A DNA stretch of 64,000 nucleotides from Vulcanimicrobiota bacterium (GTDB lineage Bacteria; Vulcanimicrobiota; Xenobia; Xenobiales; JADMJV01). Below, piece by piece: positions 47,858 through 57,332 of this stretch (its first letter is position 1; the number at the start of each line of letters is the position of its first letter). The notes below the pieces were generated by a model. The model did not search any database. It saw only the letters and a list, made by a program, of their open reading frames with translations, and was not told the origin of the DNA. Made by a program: the position numbers and the translations under genes. The DNA lies in NCBI GenBank assembly GCA_050250895.1, contig JBFWNU010000003.1:778109-842108 (forward strand), given 5' to 3'.

Positions 47858-49492
47858 GTGTCGACCAACCCCACCAGCCACCGGCCCACCATGCTCGCAG
47901 CGGCGGGTCTGACGGTAGCCCTGGTGCTCACCTATGTCAGGCTCTACTTCTGCGTGGATCTGTCCGACGAGGGCCTGTGGGTGGCGTTGCCCTACGCCTA
48001 TCTGCTGGGGCACCGTCCCTACATCGACGAACTGACGGTTTATCAGGGGTTGGGCCTCATCACTCTGCCCTGGGTCAAGCTCTGGGTGACGGTGGCGGGT
48101 AGCCACGGACTGGTGCTGTTCACTCGCCACCTCTGGCTGGCTTATGCTTGCGGGGTGGGCTACACGCTCTGGCGCAGTCTGGGCGATCAGGTCGAGCCGG
48201 GAGTTCGGTTGGCGCTGGTGGCTCTTCTGATCACTTTTTACCCGTCGAGCCACACCAATCTGAGCTACACGCTGGCGGGAGCCTACGGCGTTCAGATGGG
48301 AACCTTGCTGCTCTATTGGGCCCAGACCAGTCGTCATCCAGGCCGACTGGTGGCCCTGGCCGTGTTATTCGAGCTGACGGCCGTCTTCGCGTACCCGCCC
48401 ACCGGGTTGGCCTGTCTGGTTTCGGCCGGTTTGGGTATCTACGCCCTGTCGAAGCGGGTCGAGCGCCGTCAACTGCTAACCTGGCTGGCAGTCACCGGGG
48501 CCGGGCTAGCGATCATCGGGCTGGCCGTGGTCGGCTATGCCGGCCTCGAAAACCTGGGGAGAATCCTGGGCGGAGGGGCCGCCAGCGGAGTGCTGCCTTT
48601 TGGTTCGGGACGCATGCGCATGAACTGGGCCATGGTCACCACCTGGTGGCCGGCCGGGCTGGCTCTGCTGGTGTCTCTTTTGGTGTGCCTGCGGGTCGAG
48701 GCTCCCTGGCTGGCGGCTTTGCTGGTGGCGGTCGCGGTCGGGGCTAGCCTGGCCGTGAGCGGCTATCCCTTCGGGCCGGTGTTGCCGTTGCACGTCTATC
48801 TGCCGCTCTTTGCGCTGGTGATGCTGGTCCGCTGCCCCGCCGACCAACGCGCCTCGGCGGCGGTGGTGCTGGTGCCGGGGCTGGTGTTGGGAGCGACCAT
48901 GACGGTGCTGGCCACGGTGGGTATCGTGGCCGGAGCCATCGGCTCGTTCGTGGCGGGTCTGTTCGCCCTGGCCAATCTGTCGCGCCAGAAGCCAGTCATG
49001 CCTTTGTTGATTTGCCTCCTGGTCGCTCAGTTGTGGGCGAGCTACCACTACACCTATCACGAGGACCCCATCCAGCGCCTCACCGCCCGGGTGCCGGTCG
49101 GGCCTTTCGCCGGGTTGTACACCACCCCCGAGAAGCTGGCCAACATCCTGCAGATGGCGGCCGGCTTAGAACGGATTGCGGGCCAGGGAAAGACCATCTT
49201 TTTCTATGACGAGTTCCCCTGCGGGTATCTCTTCACCCAGAGGAGGCCCCAGACGCCGGCTCTGCAGACCTCGATGCGGCTGTTTCATCAGTATGACCGC
49301 ACGGCTATCTTGAAGGAGTTCGAGCGACGGGGCTTTCCCGAGGTGGTGGTGCAGATGAAACGCCACCTGGTCACCACCCAGATGATGCTGGTCTATCCCG
49401 ACACCCCCGACCCGTTGGTCAGCTACTTTGGCGAGCCGCGCTATGCCAACGCCGTGGAGACGGCCGACTACATCATCTGGCTCAAGCGCTAG
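47858..49492 (+). CDS. Polytopic membrane protein, GT-C glycosyltransferase-like
   Basis: 'DLSDEG' after the first TM, many TM helices, soluble C-terminal domain. Confidence 0.7.
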   Translation: MSTNPTSHRPTMLAAAGLTVALVLTYVRLYFCVDLSDEGLWVALPYAYLLGHRPYIDELTVYQGLGLITLPWVKLWVTVAGSHGLVLFTRHLWLAYACGVGYTLWRSLGDQVEPGVRLALVALLITFYPSSHTNLSYTLAGAYGVQMGTLLLYWAQTSRHPGRLVALAVLFELTAVFAYPPTGLACLVSAGLGIYALSKRVERRQLLTWLAVTGAGLAIIGLAVVGYAGLENLGRILGGGAASGVLPFGSGRMRMNWAMVTTWWPAGLALLVSLLVCLRVEAPWLAALLVAVAVGASLAVSGYPFGPVLPLHVYLPLFALVMLVRCPADQRASAAVVLVPGLVLGATMTVLATVGIVAGAIGSFVAGLFALANLSRQKPVMPLLICLLVAQLWASYHYTYHEDPIQRLTARVPVGPFAGLYTTPEKLANILQMAAGLERIAGQGKTIFFYDEFPCGYLFTQRRPQTPALQTSMRLFHQYDRTAILKEFERRGFPEVVVQMKRHLVTTQMMLVYPDTPDPLVSYFGEPRYANAVETADYIIWLKR

Positions 49493-49542
49493 ACCCGCCT
49501 GATGCTTCGCAAAGACGAGGTATGGTCTCGCATCAGGTGGGT
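49493..49542. terminator. Hairpin between convergent genes
   Basis: 13-bp stem ACCCGCCTGATGC/GCATCAGGTGGGT spanning the entire intergenic gap. Confidence 0.55.
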
Positions 49543-49997
49543 TACAACCGCAGGCTGAAGAACTGCACGTCGGGCTGAGGGTTGTCGCAGTAGCGCTCGC
49601 AGGGCTCGAAGCCGAGTTCGCGATAGAGGTCGATGGCCGTTTGCAACTTGCTGACCGTATCGAGCTTCATCTCGGCATAGCCGGCGGCCCGGGCTCGGGC
49701 GATGAGTTCCACGCAAAGCTGGCGCCCCAGACCGCGCGAACGGCCGGCCGGGCGCACGAAGAGTCGCTTCATCTCGCAAGCTCCGTCGCCCAGGCAGCGC
49801 ATGGCGATACAACCGACCGGCTGACCGTCGAGTCGAGCCAGTAGGATGCAGCCCTGAGGGGGAGCGTAGAAGCCGGGTAATCCATCGAGTTCGTCAGCGA
49901 AAGACTGAAACGCCAAATCAAACCCCAGGCCATCGGCGTACTCTTGAAACAGTTCGCGCACCAGCGGCATCTCTTCGAGTTGGGCCTGGCTGATCAT
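49542..49997 (-). CDS. GNAT family N-acetyltransferase
   Basis: 'CEMKRLFVRPAGRSRGLG', 'LDT', 'AIDLYRELGF'. Confidence 0.93.
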   Translation of the reverse strand: MISQAQLEEMPLVRELFQEYADGLGFDLAFQSFADELDGLPGFYAPPQGCILLARLDGQPVGCIAMRCLGDGACEMKRLFVRPAGRSRGLGRQLCVELIARARAAGYAEMKLDTVSKLQTAIDLYRELGFEPCERYCDNPQPDVQFFSLRL

Positions 49998-50033
49998 GGG
50001 TGGGCTGTTCGGTGCCCTTGAGCGGGCTGCCTT

Positions 50034-50065
50034 TTAAGGCTGATTTGAGGGCCGGGGTTCACTAT
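50034..50065 (+). promoter_or_regulatory. Direct-repeat promoter TTAAGG-N5-TTGAGG-N9-CACTAT
   Basis: Same spacing as the sRNA and CarF promoters; upstream of the RBS of ORF 50092. Confidence 0.5.
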
Positions 50066-50091
50066 CAGACAAGGTCCAGCAGGAGGACGCC

Positions 50092-51123
50092 TTGAGGATT
50101 GACCAATTTACGGGCGAAGTACGACGCATTTCCCAGCGACCCCACCCGCTGGGCCAACAAATCATGGGCTCAAGCCACGCGTTTACCTGGCGGCTCGACA
50201 AGTTCGTGGGTCAGGATACACACGAAGCGCGGGCCAATCTTCTGCAACGGGCTCAACAGAACACTTCGCACAACAAATTCTGGAAGAACGTTACCTATGG
50301 CGTGGTCGGCGTGTCGCTGCTGGCGACTGCCGGGGCCCTGGGCGCCCACCAGGCGGGGCTGGCCGCGGGGGTCGTCTATGGCGCCCTTGGCCTGGCCGGT
50401 GCGGCCGGTGTGGCCAGCATCGCCAGCTTGGCTGCCGCTTCAGTGAATGGAAAGGTTAGCCAGCCACAGTCTGACCCGACCGTCCAGCGGATGGATGCCT
50501 GGCTCGACTTCGTGGCCAATCCCGAAGCCCCACTCTTTAGCCACCGCCCCGCGCCCGGCCAACCTCGAGTGCGTGACTTCACCCGCGCCGAGATCGTCGA
50601 TTTCGCTCAGCGGACAGCCGCGGCTCGCCAACCGTGTCAAGAAGTCGTGCAAAACACCACCGAGCAGATGCTGGGCCAGGTGGAGCGGCAAAGCGGCGGC
50701 ACTCTGTCTGAAATCGAGGCTAGCTTCCAGCGTTCAATAGGTAAAGCCCGACACAAAGCCAAGCTCGCTCGAGCTGCAACCTGGCTGACCGGCGGATTGG
50801 CAGTGGGAAGCCTCGCCTGTTTGGGATTGCTCGGCTCTCACCCCCTGCTTGCCGTAGCCGGCCCCTTCCTCGGTGCCCCGATTGGAGTGCTCGGAGCCCT
50901 GACCCTGTCTGGGAAGGAACGACACTACGATTGGCAAGCCAGAAACCTCGACTATAACCGCGAGTTGATGGAAAGCTTTGTCGACTACCTCAACGATCCG
51001 CTACTGGCCGCTCAGAGAAATCAGGCCTACGTGCACGAGCTGGCAGCCGGGCACGAGGTGATCCCGGTGGAGGAGACTTACGACTGGCTCGAGGTGGGCT
51101 CGGTCGGCCTGGCCAGAGGCTAG
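50092..51123 (+). CDS. Hypothetical protein with two hydrophobic helical hairpins
   Basis: TTG after AGCAGGAGGA; internal duplication (coil + 2 TM + 'xMxxxxD(F/Y)xxxP'). Confidence 0.78.
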   Translation: MRIDQFTGEVRRISQRPHPLGQQIMGSSHAFTWRLDKFVGQDTHEARANLLQRAQQNTSHNKFWKNVTYGVVGVSLLATAGALGAHQAGLAAGVVYGALGLAGAAGVASIASLAAASVNGKVSQPQSDPTVQRMDAWLDFVANPEAPLFSHRPAPGQPRVRDFTRAEIVDFAQRTAAARQPCQEVVQNTTEQMLGQVERQSGGTLSEIEASFQRSIGKARHKAKLARAATWLTGGLAVGSLACLGLLGSHPLLAVAGPFLGAPIGVLGALTLSGKERHYDWQARNLDYNRELMESFVDYLNDPLLAAQRNQAYVHELAAGHEVIPVEETYDWLEVGSVGLARG

Positions 51124-52880
51124 GGCAGCTGCTCCTCCACTAGCTTTTGCAGAGTATCCAGGGGGACGGGGCCGTTGGTCAACACCACTTCGTGGAACTT
51201 GCGCAGGTCGAACCTGTCGCCCTGGCGCTGGCGGGCCTGCTCGCGCAATGCGAGGATTTTGACCATGCCCACCTTGTAGGCGGTGGCCTGCGAGGGCATC
51301 ACGATGTGGCGTTCGACCATCTTGACACAGTCACCCAGGCTGTTGGGCGTGTTCTGGTGGTAATAGTCGATGCCTTGCTGGCGCGTCCAGCGGCGGCTGT
51401 GAATGCCGGTGTCGACCACCAGCCGGCAGGCGCGGAAGAGCTCCATGGCCAGACGTCCGAAGTCGGCGTAGGGGTCTTGATAGAAGCCGATCTCCTTGGG
51501 CAGTTGCTCGCAATACAGACCCCAGCCCTCGATGTAGGCGGTGGGGTGGAGGAACTTGCGAAACTTGGGGATGTCGGTCAGCTCCTGGGCTAGCGAAAGC
51601 TGCATGTGATGGCCGGGGATGCCTTCGTGAAAGGCCAGCGCCTCCATCTGGTAGCGCGGCATGTCGGCCATGTCGTAGAGGTTGGCGTAGTAGTAGCCGG
51701 GGCGCGAGCCGTCCAGGGCCGGAGTTTCATAGAAGGCCTTGCCGGCCGAGCGCTCGCGAAAAGGCTCCACCCGCTTGACCAGCATGTCGGCTTTGGGCTT
51801 GGTGATGAAGAGTTCGTCCAGGCGCCCCTTCATGCGGTTGACGATGGCCGTCGCTTCTTTGAGGTATTGTTGGCGGCCGTCGTCGTTGTTGGGGTAGTAA
51901 AAGCGCTGGTCCTCGCGCATGAAGGTGAAGAATTCGCTCAAGGTGCCCTTGAAGCCGACCTTTTTCATGATGGCCCGCATCTCGCCGTGGATGCGTTCGA
52001 CCTCGGCCAGCCCGAGGTTGTGGATTTCGTCCGAGGTCATCTCGGTGGTGGTAGTGCGGCGCAGGGCCCAGGCGTAGAACTTGTCGCCCTCGGGCAGTTT
52101 CCAGGCCCCGTCGCGCTCGTCGGCGCGCGACTGCTGCTGCTCGAGCAGGGCGATCAGCTCGCGATAGGCCGGACCCACATCCTCGAGCAGAGCCTGGCGA
52201 GCCTCGTTGAGCAGGGCCTGGCGAACGGGCTCGTCGAGTTCGAGTTTTCTGACCTTCTGCTCGAAGTCATGGTAGAACACGTTGACCCCCTCGCCCTCGA
52301 AGGGAGCTCCGGTGAGAATATTGCGGCAATCTTCGAGCACCAGGGCGAACACGAAGCGGGGAGGCACGATGCCTCGCTTTTCGCGCAGGCTCATGCCCTG
52401 GCACACCTGGGCCAACATCGGTTTGATGCCGTGCAGGCGTGCCAGATAGGCCTGCGCGTCGTCGAGGTTGTCGATGCGGTGAACGTTAGCCATGAAGGTC
52501 GGGATCTCGGCGTGGATGCCAAACATCTGGTTGACGGGATAGTTGTGATAGCGCCAGGGATAGGCCTCGATGTCTTGCCGGCTCTCGCGCACGAACAGGT
52601 CGTAGCTGAGCCTGGTCTGAGGGTCGAGCTTTTTGGGATCGACGGTCTGGCGCAGTTCGGTCAGGAACTTCTTGGTCAGCTCGAGTTCTTGCTTGGCGTG
52701 CTGGTCGGAGCGGTCGGTCCACTTGCCGTAGTCGCGCTTCATTCCCAGTCGGCTCATCTCTTCGGGGTTGCGCTCGAGGTGAGCCTGGTAAGCGCGTTCG
52801 AAGAGAGCATTGGCTTTCTCTGATTCGGTCTGGGCCAGCACCGGCAGAGTCAGCAGTAGAAAGAACAGGAGCATTCGCAT
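51120..52880 (-). CDS. DUF885 family secreted protein
   Basis: 'HEGIPGHHMQ', 'AYIEGWGLYCE', 'RLVVDTGIH', 'QATAYKVG'. Confidence 0.93.
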   Translation of the reverse strand: MRMLLFFLLLTLPVLAQTESEKANALFERAYQAHLERNPEEMSRLGMKRDYGKWTDRSDQHAKQELELTKKFLTELRQTVDPKKLDPQTRLSYDLFVRESRQDIEAYPWRYHNYPVNQMFGIHAEIPTFMANVHRIDNLDDAQAYLARLHGIKPMLAQVCQGMSLREKRGIVPPRFVFALVLEDCRNILTGAPFEGEGVNVFYHDFEQKVRKLELDEPVRQALLNEARQALLEDVGPAYRELIALLEQQQSRADERDGAWKLPEGDKFYAWALRRTTTTEMTSDEIHNLGLAEVERIHGEMRAIMKKVGFKGTLSEFFTFMREDQRFYYPNNDDGRQQYLKEATAIVNRMKGRLDELFITKPKADMLVKRVEPFRERSAGKAFYETPALDGSRPGYYYANLYDMADMPRYQMEALAFHEGIPGHHMQLSLAQELTDIPKFRKFLHPTAYIEGWGLYCEQLPKEIGFYQDPYADFGRLAMELFRACRLVVDTGIHSRRWTRQQGIDYYHQNTPNSLGDCVKMVERHIVMPSQATAYKVGMVKILALREQARQRQGDRFDLRKFHEVVLTNGPVPLDTLQKLVEEQLP

Positions 52881-52962
52881 GGGCTCTGGGTTGGACTTTG
52901 CCACCAGGACTCCTTTTGGCCACCGCGAGAGGCTCAGCCCATCCAGGGTCGAAGTCTTCTCT

Positions 52963-54090
52963 ATGCTCAGGCCTATCGTGTCCAGTGCGAGTTGGATGCC
53001 TATCGCGCGCGCTCAAGCGCAACAGCCGGTCGCGCCGCCGGAGCAGCCCGAGATCCAGGATCAGGCGCAGCTCAGTCAGGCGTCGGCGAACCCGAGCTTC
53101 GGTGATGTCGCCCTCAGCTCGGCTCTGACCGCTCTCAACCTGGCCGGGCAGACGCATCTGCACGCGGCTATCGCGGTGAGCCAGTTCTTATCGCGCGAGC
53201 GCCCGACGCAGAACCCGGCCATCTTGACCATGCAGCCTCGGCTGCCGCCTCCGGCTTTGACCGGCGAGCAATCGGCCTTGCGCGATTCTCCAGCCGTCAA
53301 GCTCGACCGGCCCATGGTGCTCGTGCCCGGTTATCACACCCGGGTCGACCAGCTCGAGCCTCTGGTCGAGAAGTTGACCGAGGGCGGCCAAAATGGCCAG
53401 GCTTGCTATTTCTATAATGGCAGTTTCTACGCCGACCGGGGTTGCAACGAACTGGTCGAGCAGCCTCCGGCCGATACCAGGGTCTTCATCAGCCTGCCCT
53501 ACAGCGGTCGCGATAATCCTGACCTGGTGGCCGACCAGTTGACCGACTGCCTGGGCCGCATTCGTTCTGCCACCGGCACCGACAAGGTCGACGCGCTGGC
53601 CTATAGCATGGGCGGCTTGAGCTGCCAGCGCTATCTTGACCGGGGGGGCGAGAGCCTGGGCAAGTTGCTGATGGTGGGCACGCCCAATGGCGGCTCGGGG
53701 CTGGCTCACCTCAGCCTGAAGGCCCTCGACGCGCAGTCGCGCGGCAACGACCTGAAGTGGCTGATGGCCCGAAGCGATGTGCTCGAAGAAGACCGCCAGG
53801 CTCTCGAGTGGCTGGCTCCCAAGAGCCCCATTCGCGACGACATGCAGAGTCGCTGGCCTCAGCAGCGAGGTCTGCTCGAGGCTGCCTTCATCGTGGGTGG
53901 GGCCAGTGTGCCCACCTTCTATTGGGGAGCCATGCCGATGACGCGGGGGGACGGCGTGGTCGACACCAGCAGCCTGGCCCTGGGCGACACCGAGGTCAAG
54001 CTGGTTTCGGGCCCCAGGCACGGAGCTCTGCTCTACCATCCCGAGGTGTACTCGACCATGATCGACTTTTTCAACTGGTCGCGTAGCTGA
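52963..54090 (+). CDS. Alpha/beta-hydrolase (PGAP1/lipase-like) with disordered N-terminal extension
   Basis: 'VLVPG', 'AYSMGG' nucleophile elbow, 'GTPNGGS', 'GDGVV', late His. Confidence 0.85.
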   Translation: MLRPIVSSASWMPIARAQAQQPVAPPEQPEIQDQAQLSQASANPSFGDVALSSALTALNLAGQTHLHAAIAVSQFLSRERPTQNPAILTMQPRLPPPALTGEQSALRDSPAVKLDRPMVLVPGYHTRVDQLEPLVEKLTEGGQNGQACYFYNGSFYADRGCNELVEQPPADTRVFISLPYSGRDNPDLVADQLTDCLGRIRSATGTDKVDALAYSMGGLSCQRYLDRGGESLGKLLMVGTPNGGSGLAHLSLKALDAQSRGNDLKWLMARSDVLEEDRQALEWLAPKSPIRDDMQSRWPQQRGLLEAAFIVGGASVPTFYWGAMPMTRGDGVVDTSSLALGDTEVKLVSGPRHGALLYHPEVYSTMIDFFNWSRS

Positions 54091-54229
54091 GCGAACTTTT
54101 CCGGCCCCTCGTTCGTCTGAATTGACGTGACCAGCCTCGAGGTCGGCCAGGACCGTGACCTGGGACTTTTCCGTCTGGACACAATTCGGTAACCACGCTG
54201 TTACAGACTGTGATTACGATCTGGGCCAG

Positions 54230-55165
54230 ATGCGGATCAGTGGTTGGACCAACACTCCTGTCGGTCGGGCCGTCGATTGGCTAGATCGCAAGTCGAGCCC
54301 CGAGCCCGATACCGACGGGAACCTTGAAAACCCGTCCTACGTCCAGGTAGCCCTGGGCGCAGGCGTAGAGGGTCTGTTGCTCGGGGGCGCCTCGGGCGCA
54401 GTCGATGCTCTGGGAGGCGGTCTGGCCGGTGTCTTCGTCGAGAATCGTACCGGCAGTACCGCCGCCGGTGTGGCGGCCGGGTTCGCAGTAGGGGCGGGCC
54501 TGGCGGCCGCCCAATCCGCCTGGCTGGGAGCGGGGCCGATGCTCCCCTCCGCCGTTCTGGGCGGGTTATTGGGGGCCTTTCAAACCCTGGGCGGTAGCAG
54601 CCTGGCCGGAGTTCGTGATTCCAGCGACATGGGCGCCATCATGGCCGGCGTGTTCATGCCTGGCGCCAGCAAAGTAGTAGGCGGCCTATCGGCCGCCGCG
54701 GCCCAGCGCTGGGCCCCCGATAGCCTGGCCGCCCAGAGCGCCATGGCCGCTGTCATCGGGGGGGGACTGGGAGCAGCCGTCGGCGCTTTAGGTCAAGGCC
54801 CCGGCCTGGTCAGCTCCATTCTCATCGGGGCCGCTTCGGGGGCCGGTGGAAGCCTGATCGGCCCACGCTTCGGCCAGCTGGTGCGCACCCTCAGTTGCGA
54901 TGCCGGCGTAGCGGCCGAGGCCGGTCTCAAAAAAAGTGGACTCATCGACAAGCCCCTGAGTCCGATGGCCCGCACTCTACTGGGAGCGGTCCCCATCGGA
55001 ATGACCACCGAGCTGGCCAAAGCGGCGGTTTACGCTGACGGCGGCTGGAAGGGCATCCTGGTGGGCGGGGTGGCCCAGACCCTGCAGCTGGTCGATGTCC
55101 TACGTCAGACCGGGGATCAGCACGCCGGTTCGGAAGAAGAAGACGTGCTCAACACTTTGAGCTAG
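54230..55165 (+). CDS. Glycine-zipper-rich membrane protein
   Basis: Many GxxxG helices; ATG 9 nt after TACGAT. Confidence 0.75.
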   Translation: MRISGWTNTPVGRAVDWLDRKSSPEPDTDGNLENPSYVQVALGAGVEGLLLGGASGAVDALGGGLAGVFVENRTGSTAAGVAAGFAVGAGLAAAQSAWLGAGPMLPSAVLGGLLGAFQTLGGSSLAGVRDSSDMGAIMAGVFMPGASKVVGGLSAAAAQRWAPDSLAAQSAMAAVIGGGLGAAVGALGQGPGLVSSILIGAASGAGGSLIGPRFGQLVRTLSCDAGVAAEAGLKKSGLIDKPLSPMARTLLGAVPIGMTTELAKAAVYADGGWKGILVGGVAQTLQLVDVLRQTGDQHAGSEEEDVLNTLS

Positions 55166-55812
55166 TCGAAGCGGTAGCCACCGGCCAGGCTGGCCTCGCG
55201 CGGACGGTCCCGCGCCAGATACTGTTCGAGTGACTCCATGACCACCTCGCCGGGCTGGGAGCCCGGCAGGTAGTCGGCATTGTTGGTCGGGCGGTGAACA
55301 AAATTGCCGTCACCCACATAGACCCCGACGTGAGTGTGATCCTCGGGGTTGGCCGAGTTACGATAGGTATCGTTGAAGGCCACGATGTCACCGGGCTGCA
55401 GATTCTCGACGTCGATGGGCTGGGCGCCCATCTGGCCGAAATCGCGAGCTCGCACGGTCGGCTCGAATCCCTCGGGGTTCGTGCCCGACTGCTCGATGAC
55501 GTGGCTGACAAAGTCGGCGCAGCGAGCCTCTTCATCCGGTTTGAACTGGCTGCCGACCATGGATAGCGCCGTGTCGGCGATCTGTTGACCGGTGGGAGGG
55601 GTTCCCAGATCGCTGATGCCTTTGAGGGCGGCTGCACTGGCGCCAGGCTCGGTCTCGTCGGATTTGCCCACCGAGACTTTGTCCTTAGTCAGATCGGCCG
55701 GCCGGGCCTCGGATTTGGGAGAGGCGGCAGGCGCGCTTTTCGTGGCGCCTGCTGGGGATGCTGAGGGGCTTTTGCTGGCTGTCGAGCCAGCCGAACCAAC
55801 GCTACCTGCCAT
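55162..55812 (-). CDS. NlpC/P60 family cell-wall peptidase with disordered N-terminus
   Basis: 'CADFVS', 'LQPGDIVAF', 'HVGVYVGDGNFVH'. Confidence 0.88.
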   Translation of the reverse strand: MAGSVGSAGSTASKSPSASPAGATKSAPAASPKSEARPADLTKDKVSVGKSDETEPGASAAALKGISDLGTPPTGQQIADTALSMVGSQFKPDEEARCADFVSHVIEQSGTNPEGFEPTVRARDFGQMGAQPIDVENLQPGDIVAFNDTYRNSANPEDHTHVGVYVGDGNFVHRPTNNADYLPGSQPGEVVMESLEQYLARDRPREASLAGGYRFD

Positions 55813-55846
55813 CCTCTCTTCATTCACCGAGGCCCGGCCAAAACCT

Positions 55847-57292
55847 CTACACTGCCGCAGTCAACCGCTCGCTCAGCCACCTCTTGGCCAGTTCGAGATC
55901 GCGTGGCGTCAATTGGTGGGACGCCTCGACCTCGTCGAGCTGCACCCGAGCGCCGGCCTGACGCAGAACCTCGGCCAATCGTCGTCCCGAATCGGGGGAA
56001 ACGACCGTGTCGTGAGTGCCCACCACCAGCAGAACGTCGAGTCCTTCCAAGCTTTTGTCGGCAGCCTCGAGCGGCAGCATCGGCCTGAACAGCACAGCCC
56101 TTTTCAAGGCCTCGGGATGCAGCATCAACGTGGCCGCGGCCAGGTTGGCGCCGTTGGAATACCCCACGGCCACGTGCTCATGGCCCCGGGTCCTGATCAA
56201 TTCAGCCAACTCGCCGCTGCGGCGTTTGAGGTCTGCCTCGTCGAAGACGCCCGGCCTGAGTCGCTTGAAGAAGCGGGCCATGCCTTGCTCGTCGACGTTG
56301 CCTCGCAGGCTCAAGACCGCCGCCTCAGGGTCGAGTTGTTCAGCGATGCCCAAGAGGTCGAACTCGTCGCCGCCGGTGCCGTGAAGCAGCAGCAGGGTCG
56401 GTTGATTGCCCGGCTTGTGCAGGCTGCGGTAGGGCTCCTCGAGCGGTGGCAAGCGCTGCTCGAGCAGCTCGCGCAGGCGCTCGTGCTGGGGCGGAAGCAT
56501 CAGGTTGGTGCCCAGTTCGTCGAGGCTTTCGTCGATGAGCATGCCCGGGGGATCGGTAGCTAGCTCGAAGAGCACCCCGCCCGGACCTCGGAAGTAGACC
56601 GAGTGGAAGTAGTTGCGGTCGACCACCGGCGTCACCTGGTAGCCAGCTTCGAGAAGCCGCTCGCGCCACCAGAGCTGAGCCTCGTCATCGGCCACGCGCA
56701 GAGCGATATGGTGCACCGAGCCCGCTCCGCCGCTGGCCCGCGGCAGGTCGGGAGCCTCGAGCACTTCGAGCTGAGTGGTCGAGTTCGCCAGTTGATAGCG
56801 GCTGCGAGCTCCTTCTTCGCCGAGCTTGGCGAACCCGAACAGCTCGAGCAGCTCGGCGGTGGGACCACTTTGCTGGACCCTCAAGGTGGCCGAACGGAAG
56901 GCTCCGAACGGCTCGCCCTCGCCTTGCACGAGTTCATAGCGGATCCCGTCAGGGTCGTGAAACACCAGCACGCGCTCGCCAAAACGCGTCTCGAAGTGAT
57001 GCGGGCCGACGCGGGTGACCCAATCGTCAAGCGATTCCGAGGTCTGATAGGTGATGGCCGAGACCTCGCCGTGGCCGGGACGAGTCGCTCGCGCCCCTTC
57101 GTAGGGGAAGAAGGTCAACAGCGTGCCCGGACTGCCGGTCTGGTCTCCGTAGTAGAGATGGTAGACGCTGGGGTCATCGAAGTTGACCGTCTTCTTCACC
57201 ATCCGCAGACCCAGGGTCTGGGTGTGAAAACGGTAGTTCTGGTGGGCCAGTCCGGCCACCGCGGTGATGTGATGGATGCCTAAAATCTTCAT
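55847..57292 (-). CDS. Fusion of ring-cleaving dioxygenase (MhqO-like VOC) and alpha/beta hydrolase (MhqD-like)
   Basis: 'GIHHITA..KKTVNFDDP..HHIA..DRNYFHSVYF..ELATD', then 'LLHGTGG..GYSNGA'; RBS GAGGAG. Confidence 0.9.
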   Translation of the reverse strand: MKILGIHHITAVAGLAHQNYRFHTQTLGLRMVKKTVNFDDPSVYHLYYGDQTGSPGTLLTFFPYEGARATRPGHGEVSAITYQTSESLDDWVTRVGPHHFETRFGERVLVFHDPDGIRYELVQGEGEPFGAFRSATLRVQQSGPTAELLELFGFAKLGEEGARSRYQLANSTTQLEVLEAPDLPRASGGAGSVHHIALRVADDEAQLWWRERLLEAGYQVTPVVDRNYFHSVYFRGPGGVLFELATDPPGMLIDESLDELGTNLMLPPQHERLRELLEQRLPPLEEPYRSLHKPGNQPTLLLLHGTGGDEFDLLGIAEQLDPEAAVLSLRGNVDEQGMARFFKRLRPGVFDEADLKRRSGELAELIRTRGHEHVAVGYSNGANLAAATLMLHPEALKRAVLFRPMLPLEAADKSLEGLDVLLVVGTHDTVVSPDSGRRLAEVLRQAGARVQLDEVEASHQLTPRDLELAKRWLSERLTAAV

Positions 57293-57314
57293 TGAGTTTC
57301 TCCTCGACATCATT

Positions 57315-57332
57315 TGTCTTGATGTCAAGATA
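57315..57332. promoter_or_regulatory. MhqR-like (MarR family) operator palindrome
   Basis: TATCTTGA-CA-TCAAGACA on the minus strand, just upstream of the mhqO-like gene. Confidence 0.65.
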
